Both the position numbers and the translations under genes were made by a program. DNA of 64,000 nt, from assembly GCA_905331295.1 (NCBI GenBank), contig CAJNYD010000023.1:124001-188000 (forward strand), written 5' to 3'. Source of the DNA: Rotaria socialis (Eukaryota). Position 1 is the first letter of the stretch. Each line of letters starts with the position of its first letter. The notes beneath the pieces were generated by a model. It was not told the DNA's origin and did not search any database. It saw only the letters and a list, made by a program, of their open reading frames with translations. Below are positions 53,971 to 64,000 of the stretch, piece after piece.

Positions 53971-56755
53971 AAAAGAAATCTGCTGAGTAAATACATGCCT
54001 AACATAAATTCAGTGGTTTTATGTGCAAACGCTTCAAGGTTGCTGCTCCATCATCTCTCATAATTGATTTACAAGCAATACACAAAGCAAGCATATGTAT
54101 CAGATTTCTAGAGATAAGTCGATGTACCTGTATTTGGTCGGCAAAGCTCATCTACTGCTCCAGGGACGTTTTATGCGTTTACTTCGATTACTTCAATCAT
54201 CCTGTCATTCGTACTTCTATTTCTATATAGAGTTATAGACACGTACGAGCGTGTGCTGGCTGATGTAGGCTGCAATAGCACATAAATTTCTACTCAAGCA
54301 GACATTTCATCATCAATGATGAATAAAAGCATGTAGGTTGTCATCAATACAAGGTTCAACAAGAACCATTAACATGCTTTTATAACCAGGGGAAAGCTTG
54401 AGTAAAAATTTTTTTACTTGTTTAACAATATAGGTGTATATGTTATTTTTTCAATACCTACTAGAGAAGAAAGAAGCTCTTACAAATCTCCCGAAGCGAG
54501 AAGACATAATACATAATCGAAGGAGATCACAAATCGAGAAAAGCGAGAGCAAATCAACACAAAATATATGCATTGATTATGTCAATAAATAGCAACAACA
54601 GAAAAATGAAAATCCTGCCCAAATTTCGATACTTCTATATGTTTGAATAAGTCGTAAAAGAACAACATGACGCTTTTTACCACAAGTAATCGCCATGTTA
54701 TTGTTGTTCGCAAAAATTCTCTATGCGTTTATTATTTTCGTTACATATACAACTTTAATTACTATCTAGATGTAGTATTCGTTCAAAAATAATACTACAT
54801 TTTATCAATTTAATCTATACTGACGAGTATATAATGAGTCATGTCTATTCATATACTTTTTATTCGTTTTAATATCAAAAAACAAATTTTTGTCCTCCAT
54901 ACTATTAACGTATCTGTTGACGAAGGAACAAACGTTCTATCCTTGACACTCATATATACCGAGTAGTTTTGTTACCGACGAGTGTGTGCAGATATTTATT
55001 AATGTGATACTTGCTTGCTTTTTTTTTTATTGTAATTGCACATACATATCGAGACGAAGACGAAAAGCATACAACTAGCTGTATTTATATACGATCAGTT
55101 AGCTACTCTCCATTTTTGAATACTAATGCGACTTATATATCGATGCGAAAACGATAATAGTTGAATACTTTATAAACACTAATAAATAATAACAGCAAGG
55201 TGAACAAAATAAAAAATGAATAGTGCAACTCTGAATCGATGACAAATGATGATGAAATAAGAGATTGTCAAAGAACTGGTAAAAAATAGTCCATAGACGA
55301 TGATTGGTGCTTTACTGTAAATGACAAATAAGATGATTTGCTCATGACATCTTCATATGAAATCGATAGTTGCTGGTGCAGGTGCGACGGAAGAAAAAAA
55401 ATTTGATCCTTTTGTACATTGGAACAAGGTTTTTTCTCATTTTTTTTCATTTTTTCTCAGGCAAACTTTGTACTTCAACAAGGATGATCTGTCTCTATTC
55501 AACAAGTTTTAAACCACCCGATGACACATACCTGAATAATAAACGATGCAAATTTTCAGTGTCGAACATTGAAAAAGGAAATACGCATCTCGTAAACGCG
55601 AACGATTATTTATACGAAGCCTACTCTCTCGTCAGCGTCGAAGAGATCATGATATATGCATAGGAAAAGGCGGAGAGAGTTGTGTATGTGTAAGACGAAA
55701 AAGAACGAACACAAATAAGAGAAAAGAAAAAAAAAGAAAAAGAAAAAGAGAATATATTGTGTTGGGCGACAGCTAGCAGAGTAGAAACACAGCAAAGGCA
55801 AGAGAGAAAAAAGAAAAAAGTTCATCATTCTGCACATTCTAATGCATTGGTGTGAAGAACAGAGAAAAAAAGAACGGGACAACGGCGACGTCAAGACATG
55901 GGAGTAGGGTGTTGTTGCGATTACCTAATTGTCTCGCTCGGCGTAGAACACATGCATAGAAAGACGACGTAGCTCGTTTTTCTTCTTTTTCTGCTTTCGT
56001 CGACATCGACGACAACGGCGATTCATGCTACTGATGAGTGTTGATAAGCAAGCGAAGGAAAAAATCAATATAGTTTCTGTTGTTTTTCCCTCATCATTCG
56101 TTCTGATAAAAAAGAAAAAGAAACGAGAAAAAGAAAAAAATAAAGCAATATCGCTACTGCAACTGCAAAATTCTGATACCATAAAATGTGCGCATATTTT
56201 TCATGATCATTGTTAATGTGTATTAAATCACTTAACGTATTGTTTGTAAATACTTGAATCTTGCACATAGGTCCTTGTTCTTTTTTTCGTAGTAGATTTT
56301 TCTTTTTTCCCATTTCTTAGTCATTCAAATGCAATTATTAAGTAGTGTTAAATGGTGGTTAGCTACTGAATGTACAATACTCAAACATTTTTCTCTCTCA
56401 ATTCATTCCTGTTCTATTATTGATCTATTTGATGAGCATTAATATTGCATTTTTTTCTATATTATTAGCTATTAGCTCTTTTATATTTTGACCCTGTCAT
56501 TACTTAGCAATCATTGTAGCAGCTTATGATTATAACAATCACAATAAGAGGAGAAAAAATGTCTGGTTGTTTCTTTTTTCGCTATACAGCGAACTCTGTT
56601 TTTTTTTTCGAGATGAACAATTATAGCAACGGTAAACAACGAAACCAATCTAATCAAATTTATTTATTAGTACGAAAATAGCACCTATAATACATAAGTG
56701 TGTTTTTAATTTTTAAATTTCGTCGGATTTTTCGCTTGTTGACACTTGAATTACA

Positions 56756-59700
56756 TTAGTGCTGCGCAAATTTTCTCTGTTTTTCTTGTAATGATAACCA
56801 TAGTACGGATGTAATAAAACAAAGAATGATAAGTGAACATCCTAATACAAATGAGTATGATAATTGAGCTGAACGAGCAGTACATAATTCATCAGTGAGA
56901 ATTTCTAATGCAAAGCAATGTGATTGTTTACGTTCACTTTTTAATATAGTATACATAATAGCCAGAAGACATATGCTGAACATTGCTAAAGAAAATAGAA
57001 AGGATTAACGTATTCATTTTCGCGTTTGATATATGATTAATTGAATTTAATCTATTTTTGAGGTTAAATGAAAGACAAAACTCTCGGAAATAGAAGATTA
57101 ATTTTTACCGATGGCTAGATTTTTGTTTTGTAGATATTTTTCTCGACTATGAAAATATTATTTGATAGTATCGTTGAAAGAGAGACGATGTGAAAATAAA
57201 ACACTCGAAATATTCTATTGATTTTACATACAGATGACAAGATAGATAATTCCAATTGTCATTGTTGCTAGCACAACACCATTTAAAATGCCAACAGTAA
57301 CACCAATGAGTGTACAGGCACACAGGAGAAGTACAATGAGAATAGCACAAGCAGCTGCCACATTATGTAGACCTAAATCATTCGAATAGAATTAGTATGG
57401 ATCATTGAAAACAGGCCTTGTTGTAGAAGTTTATTTGTTGACTTTTCATTAGACATATATTTTACTTCGTAAGTCTTCCTTGTTTCATATTTCAAAGTTT
57501 TATAATTGTCAAAGAAAAAGCTGTCGGAGACTTCATAGCCTTGAAATATTTTGTTACTTTTATATTTGTACAAAAAACAACCGAGTGTGAGTTTTTTTAA
57601 CGATTACATGCAAACAACGAGAATACTTAGAGCTCATTTTTATTTTAATAAATATAATAATATTGAAGAAGAATAACATGCCAATCGGTTTTACAGTAGC
57701 TCTATTCATGAAAATGTTTTTAATACAATTTTTTCATGTGCAATGAGTGTATTTGTGTATAAGTCTGATTATATTGTTCCAGGTGGACAATCTTTCGAAT
57801 ATCAAATCGTATAGAAGATTTATATATATGTCGTATCGAAGTTACAACTTCGTCGTATAAATGTGACGAAGTTATAACTTCGACAATGACCGTCATCCAA
57901 GTTACTTTTAATTCATTTATCAATAAATAATTTACTAAATTGAATGTTCCACCGCTGACTGAATGATTAAAAAAGTTTTTTTTTAAATAAATACTACTTA
58001 TTCAGCAATACTGCTGAATAAGTAGTATTTATTTAAAAACAAGTTTTTGATCATTCAGTCAGCGGTGGTATTCAATTTAGTAAATTATTTATTGGTAAAT
58101 GAATTAAAAGTAACTTCGTCGACCGGTGTAACTTCGATACGACATACATATATTGTCATTAATAACAGCTTGTTGAAAATGTAATTTCTAAGTATAGTTT
58201 TCATAGGATAATTTTGGCTTCAAGCATAATTCAGATATTATATGTTTCGTAGAATATTGAATTATAATATTTTTTAGGTATTGAAAAAATGTAATTTAAT
58301 CTTTTAAAAAATCCATAATGTTCGGTCTACAGATGATATTCTAAAGACGTTTTTACATAAATGAAACGTCTAAAGACGCGTTCATATTGAAATTTTCAAA
58401 ATAGTTTTTTTTTCCGAAAATAATTAGTAAAGCAGATTGGACAAAAAGAGATCGATGTAAATTTTGTTTTTAACCTTCATATTAGTTTAGTATGCAACAC
58501 CTATGAAACGACTCTCTTCTATGTATCGAATTTCTAAGAAATGAAAAGATGCTACAAGTTGAAGTGATCCAATAGATTGCTAGTGATGCAGCGAAATTCT
58601 ATTTTCTATATGGCTTCTTGTTATATGAAAGATGTTGTTTATGCTATTTTGAAATCATAGTAATGTTTTACCTGGAGAAGTGTTAGGACATGCAGGATAT
58701 ATAAACTATTCAGATGAGGTGCTTTGAAAGATCTTCACGTTCTGTGATAATTTAAAGTGCCTAGTCGAATTCTTCCCTCGAGTTTTAAAAAATAAAAATT
58801 CATATCCTACTCAGGAAGTAAGCCAAATGAAAAGAAATTTGAAAAATAAAATGAACACTAGACTGATTTTTATAATGCAAAAGAACAAGAGTTATAGTAA
58901 TTAGTTTTTCTAATTTTGTTAAATGAAAATGAATTCACCTGCAACTAATAAAAGATGCTCTAGTTATAAATTGACTTTTAATTATTTCACCTCTAGTACA
59001 AAATAAATTTTCTTTTACAAAGTCTGAAACTAATGATGAAGATTTCTTTGTATTCTTTGATTGTGTAAAGACCTAGAAAATTTAAGCAGGCATTTACGTA
59101 TATGAAGAATAATGTGTTTTTTTTCCAAGTAACCTGTAATCATATCCCACAGGTATATCTTTTTAAATTTATCAGAGACTAATCCGCATCCTTTTTTTCT
59201 TAAAGAATTACTAGTGCCTGAGTGTCTCTATCGAAAGTTAACAAGAAGATTACTTCATGGTTCATAGTTAAATGTCACAGTAACGTGTTTTTTCTATTAA
59301 ACTTTCAATAAGTAAGTTGATTGAAGGCATTTTAATTCTGGCTGTCAGTTAAAGATGCGTGTGGATTGCTGTGCCGTCTTTACCTTCAATCAAACTTCTA
59401 AAACAAACACATGTTGAGCTATTTTTTTCCCTCTACTTCTCAAGTTTAAAAAAAGTCATTTGACTTCTATTATTAATTCGTCCATTATGCAAATAGGGGG
59501 GAGGGGGTGGGGGGTGGGACAAAGTGCATTTATAAAAGTCATATGACTTTATAAATTTATTTAATGAAACAGTTCATACAAAGTATATATCCAATTAGTA
59601 GCGTTAAATTTTGCTACTGTGAAAAATGATACTTAGAGATTTTGATTACCATATAAGATGCAAGGCAATTCCTAATTTTAAAGAAACTAGCTACGAAAGC

Positions 59701-60299
59701 TTAATGAACTGTAAACATTATGTTACAGTTACTTTTTTCTTCGTCTCATTTTTCTTTTACTAAAATCTCGCACACCCACACATTCTTCATTCTGTTTAAA
59801 TGCAAAGTAAAATATTTCATGCGAAACAAGACTAAATATGAATAAATGAACGCATATATTTACGTATTAGCTCTCGTCCAGGATTATTCATTCCATGAAT
59901 GATGTCGTCATAATGATTATTTGCAACTTTTAGAACACGACATTTCGATATTTTTAAGCGTTGACGAATAGTTTGTGATAAATAATTGCATTGACGAAAT
60001 ATACCCTTGTGTGTTTTATACAATATTGTATTATTATTAACACCCATCGCTAAACTTGATAGTTGTTGATCATTAAATGATAATGCTTGTGTTTGATTTT
60101 GATCATCGGTCATATTTATTGCATGAATATAATCATTTGTTGTATCTTCAACAGCTATCCATTTTATATGCGAACGTAATTTTCCTAGATCATATGCAGC
60201 TGTTGACCAATGATCAGTGGCAAATGCTAGTATGCCAATAAGATTGGTTAACGCCGTAGCAACAATTGAGAAAACTTGAATCGAGAGTAAAGTCACCAT
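56756..60299 (-). CDS. Claudin/PMP22-superfamily four-TM protein; exons 60299-59864, 57372-57232, 56985-56756; 268 aa
   Basis: TM1 ending LAFATDHW, extracellular HKGIFRQC...C signature (W-GLW-C-C like), TM2/TM3 in exon 2, and YSFVLG before TM4. The splice phases sum to 807 nt in frame. Confidence 0.8.
57826..58146. mobile_element. Palindromic MITE in intron 1 of the claudin-like gene
   Basis: Ends tatgtcgtatcgaagttaca ... tgtaacttcgatacgacata in a TA-rich site. The arms pair through to a 4-nt loop at 58008-58011 (ttattcagca-atac-tgctgaataa). Confidence 0.85.
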
Positions 60300-62831
60300 G
60301 AAACAAAAAGTAGCATTAGAACTAACAATTTAAATCTCGTATTGCAAAAGCAGGTGTTTTGTAGATAAAATAAAAACAACAGAAACGATGATGAGGACGA
60401 CGATGTTGACAGCGAAGCAAAGAAACGTTCATTAATATTTTCTATTAGAGAAAACGTAATACGATCTCGAGCGAGTGAGCCAAATAAAGCAAGCAGAGGC
60501 GAAGGAAAAGACGGGTAGTATGCGTGCGACCGGTTTCCTGGGGGAAAGATGAAAATGAAGAGAAAAAAAAAGAGCATAATGCATTTGTATGTGTGCATGG
60601 AACACCACATAGTTTTGTTTAAAAAAGCGTATATACGATCTATGGTGAAATAAACATGCATGTGCGTGTCTATGCGAGAGGTTTGCATGAACTACTCTTT
60701 TTTTTTTGTCATTATCGATTCAACCGAATGAAATGAGAAAACTTCAACGTAAAAAAATACGCAGCTCTATCATGAAGAGAAGATTTTAACATTGGTTTTC
60801 GTGTTTCCATTGAAATTTTAAAATGACTAACAAAAAAAAAACAAGCATAATTTCAACCAGATCATCTTTGATTAAAATCCAATAGTTTATTCTTTGCAAT
60901 GCATTAGTATATGTGTGTAGGAGGAAAACAAATAATGGAAGGTTATTTCTTTTTTTTGTTATAATTCTTTCAACTAATTCTGCTTTTATATACAAAGATA
61001 GTTTTTTCTTTCTCTCGGAACTTGTGAATTGCTGAACTCGCTCAGTTCATGTGCAAGAAGATTTATTTCTGATTTAAATTTAACCTAGCTTATTCAATAT
61101 TTCTCATAGTGAGTATATTTTTGCCTATGAAGACGCTACAAACAAAAAAGAACTTCATAGAAAACTCATAGATCTTTATAATATCTATCTGACTCTAAGG
61201 TACATAAAATTCTTTTCTGTTTTTTTTCCTGTAAACGGACTGTTATTGAAGATAGTTTATATTGAAACATGAACAAAACATCAGGACAATGTCAATTTGC
61301 CTTTTTACCACATCATCAAACAATCAAACGTAGCTGATCTCAAGAGAAATAATAAATTTCATTTTTTTCTTCTATTTTTTATGATGGATTTTTATATACT
61401 AGTCATGGTTGTATTGACTTCGTCTATTATGCACTAGATAAATTTTAGCACGATAAAAAAAAACTACTACTATTTTCTTACAGCATAATTTAAGCCTTTA
61501 AGAAAAACTATACTTCTTTCGAGACGATTGTTCTCGACAATGTTGACAAGAATTTTACGTCAAACAACTTTACACATATATAATGAGTTTATAGAATGTC
61601 AGCGAAAAAAAAGAAATATTTCCTACAAGACGTAATAAGCAATTTCAGTCAAGATACATTCCTATGTCGTTATTTATTTAGTATGCCGTCTATATAACAC
61701 GTACAGTAAACTTGACATGATTTTTAAATGCCGAAAATAATACTATGCAAAATGCATTGCCAATATTCTCTTTTGTTACATATCCTAGATTGATTGATTG
61801 ATTGAGACGAAGAAGTTTCTCTACTAGAATCAATGTAGAACCTTTACTATTAATGATGTACTCAGTTATTTTCAATGTCAAATCTTTTTGGATTGAAATG
61901 CGTTGTCTTGTTAAATGTCCACAACAGTTGTACTAATTTTCAATTACTGCGTACATTTCTGTTTATTTAGATTTCATAAAATCTTAAAATACTGAATTTT
62001 ACAATGAGTCAAATTCATGATTTCAAGAGAAAATATGATCAGCTCTATAATTTTTTTAATACTCAGATAAACCAACTAGTGCATAAAAAAAACAAATTTG
62101 CACTTGAAGTAGAATATCTGACGAAAATCTGTAGAGACGAATAAAGGGTATATATTGTTTGCGGATTTAGATGCATTTATTCCAACCCATTTGCAAAAAT
62201 TCAATGGAAAGATTAAAGATTGAAATAGATTCAATCTTACTAGTCATTATTTAAGACCCATTACGAAAGAATATTTTCTTTGACCTCGATAGAATTGAAT
62301 GGTAGTTTCAGATAGGAAAATCAAGATCGAATAGAACTAAAATGAATATTTAACAAGTCAATGATTTCTAACACACACACACACAACATGCTATCTTTGA
62401 AACCAGTGATTGAAAAGTAATGTGTTCGTAGTTACTATCCGTTTGGTGATTGGTTTTTTTGTTTCTTCTTATCTTCAATCAATGTGCAATGAAAAGAACG
62501 ATTGAAAAACCGATTGCCCCGAGAAAATTTTTTAAATTTTACAAACTTAATATATTATATATATATATATTGATTCAAGTAATAAGGTGAATGTTGATTC
62601 TGTAAATTTCTCTGCAATTTCCTCACGTTAAGTGCAGCCCACATAGCTACTTCCGTTGAAACGACATTGAGAACAACTTGAAGTATTTTACACGAGATGT
62701 AAGTAAACACTTATAAAATAGTCATGTCTCTCTCATGTGTCTACTTTTTTGTTTCTTCACTTATGTCTATTGTGTCACATAACTTCATACTATCAGCTGA
62801 TGATATTTCACGTCAATTGTGACTGTTTAAT

Positions 62832-63436
62832 AGGCTAGGTACGAATTGCGACCGAAAATTAAGCCAATTAAGAAAAAAGTGGTCGCAATTAGGAATGAAT
62901 AATTTTACGTTGATTTCATTTTTTATGCGATTCCGAATTGCGACCACTTTTGATTGATTAGTTATCGATGCATACGATGATGAGTTGTACTGTCATAATA
63001 ATGTTCATATATAAGCATAAAAAAAAAGATTGCTAGTGAATATCATACAATGGATACGAGATTTGTTTGGTCAACAACCGAAAGAGGTGAAAAAGCCATT
63101 CTATACAATAATTATTTATATAATTTAAAGAGAGAAAATAAGAACAGTTCATCACTCTATGTCTGCACTTTTAATTCGTGTTCTCGATCTATTACATTGA
63201 AAAATAATGTATAAAAGATACTAAAGATAGTAGTGATGGAAAATAATTTTTTTTCTGTAGTCGTTTTTTCAATAATTTTTTTTCAATTAATAAAGCGTTG
63301 ACTGATTGACAATTTAAAAAGTGGTCGCAATTTGGAATCGCATAGAAAATGAAATCAACGTAAAATTATTCATTCCGAATTGCGACCACTTTTTTCTTAA
63401 TTGGCTTATTTTTCGGTCGCAATTAGGAAGCTACGG
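62832..63436. mobile_element. MITE with ~110-bp TIRs (Tc1/mariner- or pogo-like, superfamily uncertain)
   Basis: aattgcgaccgaaaattaagccaattaagaaaaaagtggtcgcaatt...gcgaccacttt (62844-62950) is mirrored at ~63318-63424. The motif aattgcgacc recurs three times per arm. Confidence 0.85.
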
Positions 63437-64000
63437 TTTAATATAAATGTAACCAAAAAATAGTAATTATCGAAGTCTGATAATTAAAAATGAACCTAAC
63501 ACTAAGCAATAGCTTACTAGCGGTATATTGAACATACAAGATTTAACAAACAGGAGAGTCAGCAAAGTGGAAGATTCTTTTCTTGCCAGAAAATTTCTTT
63601 CATTATCTAAAGCCTTTTTCTCTTTGAGCAAAAAATATTTTTTATGCTATGCGCTCGAGTTCCTTTTTCATTGACATTTATGTTAAAAAAGAACCAAGTA
63701 CATGGCTAAAGCTACTTTTCATCGTTGTAATAATATATATATATATTTAAATGCCTACCTATTAATTACGATTGAATTATTAAAAAAAGGCGACAACCCT
63801 TGAAAAGGACGTGCTCACAAACAAAAGTCTACAATTGAATATAGATATAAAAAGACTGAATGACTTTAAAATAATTGACAGACAACAAAAAACATGTGAG
63901 CACATATTATGATGTGATGACAACAAATACAACGAATTATCTCGGACACAATGAAAATAAATAAATTGCAACATAAAGATATAATCTGAACATCTGATCG

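Noticed and set aside
51985..56313. Short overlapping ORFs on both strands
   Set aside because: They derive from A/T and GA-rich tracts with no recognisable protein features; the region is probably regulatory or UTR introns.
59496..59518. G-rich tract with G-quadruplex potential in the claudin-like intron
   Set aside because: Isolated and short; no further evidence of function.
57826..63436. Repeated short motifs as a possible CRISPR array
   Set aside because: They are inverted repeats in eukaryotic introns or intergenic DNA, with no repeat-spacer periodicity and no cas genes.
1..64000. tRNA, rRNA, spliced-leader RNA or conserved miRNA genes
   Set aside because: None recognised by eye; a covariance-model search would be needed to exclude them.

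Overview
AT-rich, intron-containing eukaryotic (metazoan) DNA with many ~50-60 bp GT-AG introns. The gene style and one foreign-looking transporter gene suggest a bdelloid rotifer, but that is inference. Genes in order: VPS18 (5' part, -), DMAC1/DUF4536-like (-) with a truncated TFIIE-alpha fragment in its first intron, DET1 (-), ataxin-2 (+), ASCC1 (+), a divergent plexin (-), GIPC (-), SMKR1 (+, absent from the ORF track), MMD/PAQR (-), a FUSC/ALMT-family membrane protein (-, horizontal-transfer candidate), an unknown Ser-rich protein (-) and a claudin/PMP22-like tetraspan protein (-). Several non-autonomous DNA transposons are present, including a hAT-type element nested in another, near-perfect palindromes, and a decayed FLYWCH/MULE remnant beside a 100-N gap. 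The most notable observations are (1) a repeated 'AATAAA, ~28-34 nt, splice acceptor, next gene' junction suggesting operon-like transcription resolved by trans-splicing, (2) a plexin whose GAP catalytic arginines appear lost, (3) the intron-bearing FUSC/ALMT gene, and (4) the transposon-abutted TFIIE-alpha fragment. All family assignments come from motif recognition by eye; no database search was run.
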